From NCBI GenBank assembly GCA_028822955.1, contig JAPKCL010000001.1, positions 1-37,034 of the forward strand: a stretch of 37,034 bases of DNA, written 5' to 3'. Under the pieces are notes generated by a model. That model was given only the letters and a program-made list of their open reading frames with translations. It ran no database searches and had not been told where the DNA came from. The first letter of the stretch is position 1. Each line of letters starts with the position of its first letter. This stretch comes from Candidatus Poseidoniaceae archaeon (GTDB taxonomy: Archaea; Thermoplasmatota; Poseidoniia; Poseidoniales; Poseidoniaceae). Shown here in pieces: positions 17,944-27,036 of the stretch. A program made the position numbers and the translations under genes.

Positions 17944-18411
17944 ATGGCACGACAGAAGGAAGAAGATTTAGGAGAAGATTTCTCGTACATCTTGCGAATG
18001 GCTGATACCGATATGGATGGACTGAAAACCCTTGCAACAGCATTGACTGCTGTCCGAGGCGTTGGTCCACGAACCGCAATTCAAATTTGCAAGAACACTG
18101 GATTCGACCCTGCTTCACTCGCCGGCCACCTCTCGCCAGAAGAACAGGAATCTCTACGAATTGCAATTGAAGGCTATGCAGAAACCGTCCCTCTTTGGAT
18201 GCTCAACCGACAACGTGATATCGAAACCGGTGATGAATTGCATCTTACTGGGCAACAAGTCTATCTTACTCTTAAAGACGATATTGACCGACTTCGAACT
18301 ATGAAGTGCTACCGTGGTGTTCGCCACGCAAGCGGAAACAAAGTTCGTGGACAACGTGGCCGTTCAAATGGCCGTGGTGGACTCACCCTTGGTGTGAGCC
18401 GAAAGAAGTGA
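17944..18411 (+). CDS. rps13: 30S ribosomal protein S13 (uS13)
   Basis: Archaeal uS13 pattern: FSYILRMADTDMDG, LTAVRGVGPRTA, CYRGVRHASGNKVRGQRGRS. Confidence 0.95.
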   Translation: MARQKEEDLGEDFSYILRMADTDMDGLKTLATALTAVRGVGPRTAIQICKNTGFDPASLAGHLSPEEQESLRIAIEGYAETVPLWMLNRQRDIETGDELHLTGQQVYLTLKDDIDRLRTMKCYRGVRHASGNKVRGQRGRSNGRGGLTLGVSRKK

Positions 18412-18426
18412 TTGGAGGGATGATGT

Positions 18427-19089
18427 ATGGGAGAACCAAAGTTTGCACGACCTAAATTTGACACGCCTTCACATCCGTGGAAGGCTGCACGTATCGAAGA
18501 AGAACATAAAATTCAAGCCAATCATGGTTTGAAGAACATGAGAGAGATATGGAAGGCTAAGTCTCAACTTCGACGTCATCGACGCCAAGCAATGCGCTTG
18601 ATCGGTGTGGTCGACACAACAGAACCTCACGGAAAGCGCGAAATGGAAGACATGTTGCGCTCACTCCACAGCAAAGGATTGATTTCATCTGAAGCAACAC
18701 TCGACGATATCCTCTCCTTAGGTACTGAAGACATTCTCAACCGTCGACTCCAAGCTCAAGTGTACTACAAGGGCCTTGCAATCTCAATGAAGCAAGCCCG
18801 TCAGTTTGTCACCCACGGTAAGATTGTTATCGGAAACCAAAAGGTAACTATTCCTTCATACCCTCTTTCCCGAGACGAAGAAGAAAACCTCTCTTGGCAT
18901 CCAAGTTGCCCTTGGGTAGACAACTCTGAACACCCAATTCGAAAGGCTATTGACGGACGCGCATCTTCTGCTGAATACGGCGTTGAACAGGAAGAAGTTG
19001 ACCCTGAAGCAACTCAAGAGTTCGCAAAAGAAGTTGAAGTAGCTGCAGAAGAAGCACCTTCGGCAACAAAAGAAGGAGGTGACGAGTGA
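18427..19089 (+). CDS. rps4: 30S ribosomal protein S4 (uS4) with acidic C-terminal extension
   Basis: [19 protein letters not shown]-terminus and an S4 RNA-binding domain ([17 protein letters not shown]). TGGAGGGA lies upstream. The last 40 aa or so are E/A-rich. Confidence 0.95.
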   Translation: MGEPKFARPKFDTPSHPWKAARIEEEHKIQANHGLKNMREIWKAKSQLRRHRRQAMRLIGVVDTTEPHGKREMEDMLRSLHSKGLISSEATLDDILSLGTEDILNRRLQAQVYYKGLAISMKQARQFVTHGKIVIGNQKVTIPSYPLSRDEEENLSWHPSCPWVDNSEHPIRKAIDGRASSAEYGVEQEEVDPEATQEFAKEVEVAAEEAPSATKEGGDE

Positions 19090-19472
19090 TGACACGACGT
19101 GCAATAATCAACATTTTCAGTTCTTACAACAATATCCTCATGACTGCAACCGATTTAACTGGTGCAGAAACAATCACAACATGCTCCGGTGGACAAGTTG
19201 TCAAATCTTCCAAAGACAGTGGTGGCCAATTCGCTGCTACACGGGCTGCTGAAAAGATGGCTGATGAACTTAAAGACAAGGAATTCACACAACTGATCAT
19301 CAAGTATCGAGCACCTGGAGGCAACCGAGCCAATAATACTGGACCGGGCGCACAAGCTGCAATTCGTGCACTTACTCGTGCTGGAATGACAATCACTCGT
19401 ATCGAAGACGTGACGCCAATCGCTCACGATGGTACAAAGAAGAAGGGTGGCCGTCGTGGTCGCCGTGTTTGA
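19089..19472 (+). CDS. rps11: 30S ribosomal protein S11 (uS11)
   Basis: [28 protein letters not shown] and the basic tail GGRRGRRV. The ATG at 19089 overlaps the rps4 TGA. A GTG at 19086 is an alternative start. Confidence 0.93.
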   Translation: MTRRAIINIFSSYNNILMTATDLTGAETITTCSGGQVVKSSKDSGGQFAATRAAEKMADELKDKEFTQLIIKYRAPGGNRANNTGPGAQAAIRALTRAGMTITRIEDVTPIAHDGTKKKGGRRGRRV

Positions 19473-19489
19473 TTTTTGAGGTGGAAAAA

Positions 19490-20422
19490 ATGAAAGTACA
19501 AATCGTTGATGGATGGCCAAGAGGCAATGCAATTCGTATTCTTTTGACAGAAACAGACGCTGCACAGGTGAATGCAATTCGCCGTGCACTTATTGCTGAT
19601 GTCCCAAAGTTGGCAATTGACAGCGTGAATTTCGATCAAGGAACTCATCAAGATAACAAAGGACAGGTTTTCGAATCTGTCAACGTTTTGCCTGACGAAA
19701 CAATCGCTCACCGATTGGCAATGATTCCAGTACCAACCTATCCAGGTGAAGGAATCTCTTTCCCTGAAGACTGTCCAACTTGCAAGGACATGGCTGAAGA
19801 ATCCAAGGGTTGTATGACCTGCCAAGTTCTCTACCACATCCGCAAAGAAGGTCCTTCAGAAGAATCTGATGAAGAATACCGTACAGTCTATGCAGGAGAC
19901 CTCACAACTATTTCTGACCAAATGTTTGACATTCGAGAAGAACACAAGCGAATTCCTTTGACAATTCTTTCAAAGGGCCAATACCTTGAATTTTATGCCT
20001 TTGCAACCCTCGGCCGTGGACGAGACCACGCTAAGTGGTCACCGGTTGCTGCTGTCGGATTCCGACAACATCATGTTGCAACCTTGAAAGATGCAAAGAA
20101 GGCTAAGGTTTTGTTTAACCTCGACCTCAAAACAACTGATGGAACTCAAATCGATGCGAAACTTTTCGGCAAAGACAAGAAATTGACAGACATCAATTAC
20201 ATTCTTGACCTTCAAAACGCCCTCAACCAAGTTGGCGAAGGTACAAACCGTGATGGTGACTTTGATAATGCAATCGTCATGGAACCTGTTGAAGGTGCAT
20301 ATGTATTCAATTACGAAACGGATGGAAGTCTTACTCCTGAGCAAGCTTTCAACGGAGCAATGAAAGAACTTCAAGGACGCTTTGAGAATTTGTCAAGCGA
20401 AATTGAGCGTGCATTCGCTTGA
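19490..20422 (+). CDS. rpoD: DNA-directed RNA polymerase subunit D (Rpo3)
   Basis: MKVQIV...AQVNAIRRALIADVPKLAIDSV is typical of the Rpo3/RpoA-like dimerisation domain. The ORF-track start at 19469 is TTG. The ATG at 19490 has GAGGTGG 5 nt upstream. The position after S13-S4-S11 is the conserved archaeal order. Confidence 0.9.
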   Translation: MKVQIVDGWPRGNAIRILLTETDAAQVNAIRRALIADVPKLAIDSVNFDQGTHQDNKGQVFESVNVLPDETIAHRLAMIPVPTYPGEGISFPEDCPTCKDMAEESKGCMTCQVLYHIRKEGPSEESDEEYRTVYAGDLTTISDQMFDIREEHKRIPLTILSKGQYLEFYAFATLGRGRDHAKWSPVAAVGFRQHHVATLKDAKKAKVLFNLDLKTTDGTQIDAKLFGKDKKLTDINYILDLQNALNQVGEGTNRDGDFDNAIVMEPVEGAYVFNYETDGSLTPEQAFNGAMKELQGRFENLSSEIERAFA

Positions 20423-20467
20423 TGAGAACATCCGAGGTTTGATAATGGACCATGTGGTCGTTAGGCT

Positions 20468-23400
20468 ATGCAGAATGCGCGACGAACGGCTATAAGCCTC
20501 ACTTTTCTTTTCATTTTTGCAGCAATGATACCAATGGTATCAGCACTAAATGAACCAAATGATTTTGAACAGAATTCATCGGAGAAATATCTCGAGACTC
20601 CTGTGGTGAATCAACCAACTAAAATTATATTTAAAGAACCGCAACAAAAAACTACAACCGGTGGTCGTGCTGCCTGTGTAGCACAGTCCGATGCTGGAAC
20701 ACCAGGTGATGCTGGAAGTGACGCCAATACATCTCGCAGTCTTGGAACAAATCCAAACAGCGGACAATCTGGCGTTCAAGGATGTGTTGATTCTACAGAT
20801 ACTGAAGATTGGTATGAAATTACTACAACCGCAGGAAAAGATGTTGATGTAGAATTAGTCGTTCCAAGCGGCATGGATTTCGATCTGTACCTCATGGATT
20901 CATCCGGCACAATTGTTGATTATTCAGAATCCGTAACTGCCTTGGAAAAAGTAAGTACTTCTGGAACCTCACTTTCGAGCAATGCTGGAACTTTTTACAT
21001 CGAAGTTCTCGTCTACAGCGGCGATGGACAATATTCACTTCGCACTTGGACCAATAATACGCCGCCTCGCCCGGACCTTATCCTTTCATCCATCGTTGAA
21101 CCAAGTTCAGGCCAACCCGGTTCCACAGTCAACGTCGAATATGTTGTTGAAAACATTTACAACACCACCTCAGATGCCTTTGAAGTACAATTTGTTCTCT
21201 CAACCGACCAAACCTATGATTTTAATGACGAGTTAATCGATACTTCACAAGCTGAAGCGGCATTAGCTGAAAATACCAGTCGGACAACAACGACTCAGGT
21301 TCTTCTTCCATCAAATCTCGCCAATGGCACCTATTACTGGCTACTGTTTGTTGACGGATATGATAATGTAACAGAAAACAATGAATCGAATAATTTCCTT
21401 GCCTCAACTGGCGTTATGCTCGTTGGTGATTCTTGTGACGACCTCCATCCAAATGGACAGGATGATGCCGGCCTTGGCGCTGATGCCCCACAAGACGAAG
21501 CGAATGCCTCAACTCCAATGGGAACCAATGTTACCGCATCTTACACTGGATGTATCGATGGAATTGATGGGAATGATGTCTTTTCTTTCAATGTCCCTGC
21601 AAACCACACCCTTGATGCCACGCTCATCCTCAATGAATCCGTTGCCGTCTACATTGAATTAGTCGATGGAAACCTTGGATTCATAGATTACGCGTATTCC
21701 TTTGGAACCACTGAAGGCTCTGTCTCAACATTTGGTACTTCATATGACGGCGTAGGTGGAACATATTACGTCAATCTCTCTCGCTCAGGGACAGGAGTTG
21801 ATTGGAGCTTAGACATATGGACAAACTATTCAACCCCAGCACCGAACTTAGTCATTGATAACATCACTGCGCCTCTTATTGCAAGTGCTGGAAACAGCAT
21901 TACTCTCGATGTTGAAGTCAACAATACTGGAACCCAACTGGCTCCTGCATCCTTGCTCACTGCATGGCTTTCAGTTGAGGGTACTCTTGCAGACCATGAT
22001 ATCGAAATCGGCAACATGAGTGTTCCAGCCTTAGACATCAATGAAAGCGGACTTTTCCAATTCACACTCGTGATTCCTTCAAACACGCCCGGAGGCAACT
22101 ATTCCATTATCGCAATGATTGATTCTGATGAACAAATTGACGAAAAGAGCGAATCGGACAACACTGCTGAATCCTTTGAATTGATTCTGATAGACAGTAA
22201 AGCAACTTCATGTCCAACTCAGGATGATGCTATGTCTGGCGGAGATGCTGGTGAGGATGAGGCGACTGCGCTTTACTTAGGGATGGATATCTCTACCACA
22301 ATCTATGCTTGTGTTCACAAAGATATCGATGATGACGATTGGTTTGAAATTGAAGTATCACCTGGCCTTAATTTGACCGTAACACTCGTTAATTCAGCAG
22401 ACCAAGATGCTGACGTCTACCTCCATGATGACCAAGGAGTATGGTTTGAACGAGGATTCCTCGGTGGATCTTCTGATGAAACGGTGAGTACTGCTGACAG
22501 TACGGGATTTTCGGGAACGGGTGGCACTTTCTTTATCAGCGTTCAGAGTTGGTCCAGTTTAGGTATTTACACACTGATTATCGAAACTGAAGGCGTGGAC
22601 TCGGATTCGTTTAATTGCGGACAACAGGATGACCTCGGAATAGGAGAAGACGCTCCTGCTGGAAACGGTATCGACATTGGACAAAACCCAACAACTTCCG
22701 GTGAAGGTTGTTTCAGTGGCTTCGATGAATCTGATGTCTTTTCTTTCACTGTAAACGACGGTAAGAATTTCCAGATTGAATTTACAGCAGACTCTGCACT
22801 CGCCTTCACTGCTACCCTTACTGATGTGAGTGGGAATGTAATCGCCTATGCTGACAATGCAAGCTATGGAACTGTTTTCACTTCTTTTGGAACGGAATTC
22901 GAGGGCAAGACGAAGGATTACGTTCTGGTCATTGATTCAAATGGCGGCGCTGGTTTCTACAACCTCTCGATTGAAGGACTCGATTCGGCTCCGGCTGATA
23001 TTGCAATATCTTCTCTTGTCTGTCCGACGGACCACACTTCAGGTTCTGAAGTTCAAATTACATGGGAATTGGTAAGTCTGCGAGGAAATGCCAATGCCGC
23101 TACTATTACCCTTTACCTTGACCTTATTGATTTGGATGGAGAGGAAATAGGCCGGATTGCGGTGCAAACTATTACCGTAAGTGGAGAATACAACACTACA
23201 TTTGGCTCGGGTGGCGAATCCTATACTACGCTTGAAGAAAGGGTATCGGGGATCTACAATTGCCGACTCACCATTGATGTCGATAATGTTTTGATGGAAT
23301 CCAACGAATCCAATAACCAGGCAATCGGCACACCGTTCTTTATTCAGAATGAAGAGGAACTATGGGCAAATGACGTTGACCGTGACGGATTCAATACAAC

Positions 23401-24187
23401 TGATTCTGGCGATGGGATTGTTGATGATTGTCCAACAACCTATGGCGATTCTACCATCGACCGAGTTGGATGTGCTGACCTTGATGGCGATGGAGTCTCT
23501 AATTTGAATGACTTATGGCCTTTCGAACCAAGTCAATCGCTTGATACCGATGGAGATTCTTATGGCGACAACCCTGAAGGACTCGACGGAGATGCTTGTC
23601 CTGAAGTCGCTGGAGTGGCAAATGGGGATGGCGGCGATGGTTGCCCAGCTATCGATACTGATGCTGATAATGATGGCGTTGAGGATATCAATGACCAATG
23701 CCCAGAAACTCCTGAAGGGACTGTTGTTGGAATCGACGGTTGCGAGACTGATGATGGCCAAACAAATCAAGATGAGAACTCAACTGTTGACACCAATGTG
23801 ACTCTTGGCAGCAATGTTACTGATGGCGGTGAGGACAATACAAATCCAAATGAAGATGGAGGCGATGATACAACTGATGGCGCTCAATCAAATTCGGAAA
23901 TCTTTGGAATGGATACGGTAACAATCGGAATCATAGCAGGGGCAATTGTAATTATTCTCTTCTCACTGGTATTAATCGTCCGTGGACGAGGAGGAAACAG
24001 CGGTGAAGATAAGTTGTTTGAACAACAACAGATGGCTTATGCTTCTATCACGGGATTACCTGCTGCAGACCCGTCTATCACGCCTGAGCAACTGGCCTAT
24101 GAACAGCAATTACTCGCTGCAGGATACCCTGCGGATTATGCTCGAACATATGCAGATCAACACTTCCGCCCATGGTTGAAAGTTTGA
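20468..24187 (+). CDS. Large modular cell-surface protein with signal peptide, PPC-like and CARDB-like domains, TSP3-like Ca-binding repeats and a C-terminal TM anchor
   Basis: N-terminal signal-like segment LTFLFIFAAMIPMVSA. Four pre-peptidase-C-terminal-like modules, each opening with C..QDDAG.G.DA and containing D(W/V)(Y/F)(E/S)(I/F). Three CARDB-like modules ending in E(N/K/S)(N/S)ESNN or ESDN. D-x-D-x-D-G repeats. TM segment VTIGIIAGAIVIILFSLVLIV followed by a short cytoplasmic tail. Many N-x-S/T sequons. Confidence 0.85.
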   Translation: MQNARRTAISLTFLFIFAAMIPMVSALNEPNDFEQNSSEKYLETPVVNQPTKIIFKEPQQKTTTGGRAACVAQSDAGTPGDAGSDANTSRSLGTNPNSGQSGVQGCVDSTDTEDWYEITTTAGKDVDVELVVPSGMDFDLYLMDSSGTIVDYSESVTALEKVSTSGTSLSSNAGTFYIEVLVYSGDGQYSLRTWTNNTPPRPDLILSSIVEPSSGQPGSTVNVEYVVENIYNTTSDAFEVQFVLSTDQTYDFNDELIDTSQAEAALAENTSRTTTTQVLLPSNLANGTYYWLLFVDGYDNVTENNESNNFLASTGVMLVGDSCDDLHPNGQDDAGLGADAPQDEANASTPMGTNVTASYTGCIDGIDGNDVFSFNVPANHTLDATLILNESVAVYIELVDGNLGFIDYAYSFGTTEGSVSTFGTSYDGVGGTYYVNLSRSGTGVDWSLDIWTNYSTPAPNLVIDNITAPLIASAGNSITLDVEVNNTGTQLAPASLLTAWLSVEGTLADHDIEIGNMSVPALDINESGLFQFTLVIPSNTPGGNYSIIAMIDSDEQIDEKSESDNTAESFELILIDSKATSCPTQDDAMSGGDAGEDEATALYLGMDISTTIYACVHKDIDDDDWFEIEVSPGLNLTVTLVNSADQDADVYLHDDQGVWFERGFLGGSSDETVSTADSTGFSGTGGTFFISVQSWSSLGIYTLIIETEGVDSDSFNCGQQDDLGIGEDAPAGNGIDIGQNPTTSGEGCFSGFDESDVFSFTVNDGKNFQIEFTADSALAFTATLTDVSGNVIAYADNASYGTVFTSFGTEFEGKTKDYVLVIDSNGGAGFYNLSIEGLDSAPADIAISSLVCPTDHTSGSEVQITWELVSLRGNANAATITLYLDLIDLDGEEIGRIAVQTITVSGEYNTTFGSGGESYTTLEERVSGIYNCRLTIDVDNVLMESNESNNQAIGTPFFIQNEEELWANDVDRDGFNTTDSGDGIVDDCPTTYGDSTIDRVGCADLDGDGVSNLNDLWPFEPSQSLDTDGDSYGDNPEGLDGDACPEVAGVANGDGGDGCPAIDTDADNDGVEDINDQCPETPEGTVVGIDGCETDDGQTNQDENSTVDTNVTLGSNVTDGGEDNTNPNEDGGDDTTDGAQSNSEIFGMDTVTIGIIAGAIVIILFSLVLIVRGRGGNSGEDKLFEQQQMAYASITGLPAADPSITPEQLAYEQQLLAAGYPADYARTYADQHFRPWLKV
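23366..23743 (+). repeat. Thrombospondin type-3-like aspartate-rich calcium-binding repeats (protein-level tandem repeats)
   Basis: Recurrent D-x-D-x-D-G-x-x-D with flanking Cys: DVDRDGFNTTD..DDCP, DLDGDGVSNLND, DTDGDSYGDNPEGLDGDACP, DTDADNDGVEDINDQCP. Confidence 0.7.
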
Positions 24188-24220
24188 CTTTTCGAAAAGA
24201 AAAGAAAGTGAAGAAGGCGA

Positions 24221-24733
24221 ATGCTCTTGACCTTCCGATGCCTGGCAATGTCCATGCAAGCCCTTATGGAAACCAGCGCAGGTAACATTACCATCGAACT
24301 CTACGACGAAAAAGCACCCGACACCGTAGCGAATTTCGCTAAATTGGTCGAGGCTGGGCATTACGACGGCCTTCACTTCCATCGTGTAATTGAGAACTTC
24401 ATGATTCAAGGCGGTTGCCCCCATTCACGCGACCCCTCTGATCGACGAGCTGGCCAAGGAGGCCCAGGCTGGAAAATCCCTTGTGAATCTTCAGCATTGA
24501 ATCTCAAGCACAGCAAGCCCGGAGTCTTTTCCATGGCAAATGCTGGAAAGAACACGGGCGGATCACAATTTTTCCTCACCACCATTGCCACACCATGGCT
24601 CGATGGAAACCACGCTGTCTTTGGCGAGGTTAGCGAAGGAATGGATGTTGTCAAAGCAATCGAAATGTGTGATAAACTCCCTGGAGACCGCCCGAGCACT
24701 CCGCAACAAATTATTCGTGTTACAATTCAGTAA
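24221..24733 (+). CDS. Peptidyl-prolyl cis-trans isomerase, cyclophilin type
   Basis: FHRVIENFMIQGG, NTGGSQFFLTT and WLDGNHAVFGEV cyclophilin motifs. In-frame ATGs at 24248, 24254 and 24266 are alternative starts. Confidence 0.9.
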   Translation: MLLTFRCLAMSMQALMETSAGNITIELYDEKAPDTVANFAKLVEAGHYDGLHFHRVIENFMIQGGCPHSRDPSDRRAGQGGPGWKIPCESSALNLKHSKPGVFSMANAGKNTGGSQFFLTTIATPWLDGNHAVFGEVSEGMDVVKAIEMCDKLPGDRPSTPQQIIRVTIQ

Positions 24734-24957
24734 TCAGTATGGGAATGAAAAGTGCTTTACCACCGCAGTAGTTCATTTAGTTCTACCAAGTAGTACTTTA
24801 ACTCGTAGTGGGTAGTCTTTAACCTAGAACGCATAAAAGCCCCATATCCGTATGTCATTCGGACTGCTGCGTCATAATTTAAACATATTCTCAGAGAAGA
24901 TGTTCGCAGTGGGGTCTCTGTGCGAACTGTGAAGAAGTTCAGCCCCAAGGGCAGTAC

Positions 24958-26358
24958 ATGGCCGATGTTCGTATCGAAGCCGACACCATGGGTGAACTTG
25001 AAGTTCCTGCTGACAAGTATTATGGGTGCCAAACCGCCCGTTCTCTGATTAATTTCGACATTGGAGACGATACAATGCCTGTAGGCGTTATTCGTGCTTT
25101 TGGAATCCTCAAACAAGCTGCTGCAAAAACAAATGTTGCTCTAAAACAACTCGACCCCGTTGTTGGCGACCTCATTATTGCTGCATCACAAGAGGTTTTA
25201 GATAATTGTCTCGATGAACATTTTCCACTTCGCGTTTGGCAAACTGGAAGTGGAACACAGTCCAATATGAATTCAAATGAAGTCATTGCAAATCGGGCCA
25301 TTGAACTGGCTGGAGGCGTAATGGGCTCCAAAACACCCGTCCATCCTAACGATCATGTCAATCGGGCACAATCTTCGAACGACACGTTTCCAACCGCAAT
25401 GCATATTTCTGCGGCAGAGGCAATTACACACAACTTACTGCCAAGTGTTCGCGCTCTACGCAATGCATTAGCAGCAAAAGCCGATGCCTGGAAAGACATC
25501 GTCAAAATTGGCCGTACCCATTTGATGGATGCTGTGCCGCTCACACTTGGTCAAGAAGCATCGGGATGGGTTGCTCAACTCGATGCTGACCTGCGACGAA
25601 TTGATTTTGCTCTCGATGATTTATTCGAATTAGCACTTGGCGGAACTGCTGTCGGCACTGGCCTCAATACGCATCCATTATTTGCTCAAATGGTAGCAGA
25701 TGAAATCGCTAATATTACCGGGTTATCGTTCTGCTCGGCTGAAAATAAATTCGCTCAACTTGCTGCACATGATGCGGTAGTGGCTGCTTCAGGCGCTCTC
25801 AATACCCTTGCAGTTTCTTTAATGAAAATTGCAAATGATGTGCGATGGTTGGGCTCTGGCCCCCGATGTGGTTTTGGTGAGTTATCGCTGCCAGCCAACG
25901 AACCTGGCTCTTCAATCATGCCTGGTAAGGTCAATCCAACCCAAGCAGAAGCATTGACCATGGTGTGTTGCCAAGTGATGGGCAATAACGTAGCGATTAC
26001 CGTTGGAGGCAGCCAAGGTAATTTCGAATTGAACGTCTTCAAACCGATGATGATTCATAATCTCCTCCACTCAATTCGATTACTCACTGATTCATGCACT
26101 GCGTTTAGGACAAAATGCGTAGAAGGTTTGGAACCTGTCGAGGAGAACATTGCAGCACATCTTGAGAATTCATTGATGTTAGTCACTGCACTCAACAATC
26201 ATATCGGCTATGACAAAGCCGCAAAGATTGCAAAGAACGCTCATGAAAAGGGATTGACCTTGAGAGCGTCTGCTCTTGAATTAGAATACTTAACGAATGA
26301 AGAATTTGATGCTTGGGTCCGCCCCGAAGAAATGACTGGGCCACGTACGCCTGAATGA
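24958..26358 (+). CDS. fumC: Fumarate hydratase, class II
   Basis: Fumarate lyase signature [13 protein letters not shown], plus [12 protein letters not shown] and [10 protein letters not shown]. 466 aa. Confidence 0.95.
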   Translation: MADVRIEADTMGELEVPADKYYGCQTARSLINFDIGDDTMPVGVIRAFGILKQAAAKTNVALKQLDPVVGDLIIAASQEVLDNCLDEHFPLRVWQTGSGTQSNMNSNEVIANRAIELAGGVMGSKTPVHPNDHVNRAQSSNDTFPTAMHISAAEAITHNLLPSVRALRNALAAKADAWKDIVKIGRTHLMDAVPLTLGQEASGWVAQLDADLRRIDFALDDLFELALGGTAVGTGLNTHPLFAQMVADEIANITGLSFCSAENKFAQLAAHDAVVAASGALNTLAVSLMKIANDVRWLGSGPRCGFGELSLPANEPGSSIMPGKVNPTQAEALTMVCCQVMGNNVAITVGGSQGNFELNVFKPMMIHNLLHSIRLLTDSCTAFRTKCVEGLEPVEENIAAHLENSLMLVTALNNHIGYDKAAKIAKNAHEKGLTLRASALELEYLTNEEFDAWVRPEEMTGPRTPE

Positions 26359-26365
26359 GTCTCAG

Positions 26366-26641
26366 TTAACGAGAGCCTTCGACAAAGATGAAATTAACAA
26401 AGACTTGGAAAGCAAGAAACCAGCCCACTATCATCACAAAGATTGCTAAACCACCCGGTTCATTACCCGTAATCATGTCGTGTGCGATGATGAGGGCTGC
26501 CAATCCGAGTAAGAAAAAAACTCTGTAAATGATTTGAGTTAAAATTCGAGCCTTTGCTGACATTGTTCGCCATCCAGCGAATCCGAACCAACGTGCGACA
26601 AAACTTGCCTCTTGCTCTTTGTTTGTAAGACCTTGATCCAT
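26366..26641 (-). CDS. Small two-TM membrane protein (91 aa)
   Basis: The ATG at 26641 lies 2 nt after the stop of the RHH ORF. Two hydrophobic segments: VFFLLGLAALIIA and LAIFVMIVGWFLAFQVFVNFIF. Confidence 0.6.
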   Translation of the reverse strand: MDQGLTNKEQEASFVARWFGFAGWRTMSAKARILTQIIYRVFFLLGLAALIIAHDMITGNEPGGLAIFVMIVGWFLAFQVFVNFIFVEGSR

Positions 26642-26643
26642 AT

Positions 26644-26787
26644 TTATTCGCCTCGCTGTTCTATGATTGCTTTTCTGAGAAGAAACTCAATCTGGCCATT
26701 CACTGAACGCATGTCAGTCTCAGCCATGCGCCTTAACACCTCATGGAGTTCGGGGTCAATTCGCAGCAGTACCTTCTTTTTCGTCAC
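26644..26787 (-). CDS. Ribbon-helix-helix (Arc/MetJ-like) DNA-binding protein, 47 aa, not in the supplied ORF track
   Basis: Manual translation of the minus strand gives MTKKKVLLRIDPELHEVLRRMAETDMRSVNGQIEFLLRKAIIEQRGE. The GTG start at 26787 has AAGGGGTGA 6 nt upstream, and an in-frame TGA lies 3 codons upstream. A beta-strand (KVLLRI) is followed by two helices, with the RSVNxxI motif typical of Arc-family RHH proteins. Confidence 0.7.
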   Translation of the reverse strand: MTKKKVLLRIDPELHEVLRRMAETDMRSVNGQIEFLLRKAIIEQRGE

Positions 26788-26805
26788 AATCTTTCACCCC
26801 TTTCA

Positions 26806-27027
26806 TCAAAGAAAGATCTTAATTAATCCACTACCGATTTGAAAGATTCCCAGAACTACCATTATTATTTGAGTAAAATAATACGACTTAGTGGCATCTT
26901 CCTTTGACATCCAACCCTTGCCGCTCACATATACCCCTCCACGGGTAAAATTGTAAGCAGCGTAGCCAAACAAAAGCAGGGCTATCAGGAAACTGGGTAG
27001 AGACCAAAGAATGAGGTCTGTGTTCAT
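26806..27027 (-). CDS. Small two-TM membrane protein (73 aa)
   Basis: The ATG lies 9 nt downstream of the SPFH gene stop. Two hydrophobic segments: LPSFLIALLLFGYAAY and IIMVVLGIFQIGSGLI. Confidence 0.6.
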   Translation of the reverse strand: MNTDLILWSLPSFLIALLLFGYAAYNFTRGGVYVSGKGWMSKEDATKSYYFTQIIMVVLGIFQIGSGLIKIFL

Positions 27028-27036
27028 AAAAGCGCC

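Noticed and set aside
26612-26842. 76-aa plus-strand ORF from the supplied track.
   Set aside because: It overlaps the start of the 91-aa gene and the end of the 73-aa gene, and it has no SD or motif. The opposite strand encodes a convincing RHH protein with an SD and tight operon spacing.
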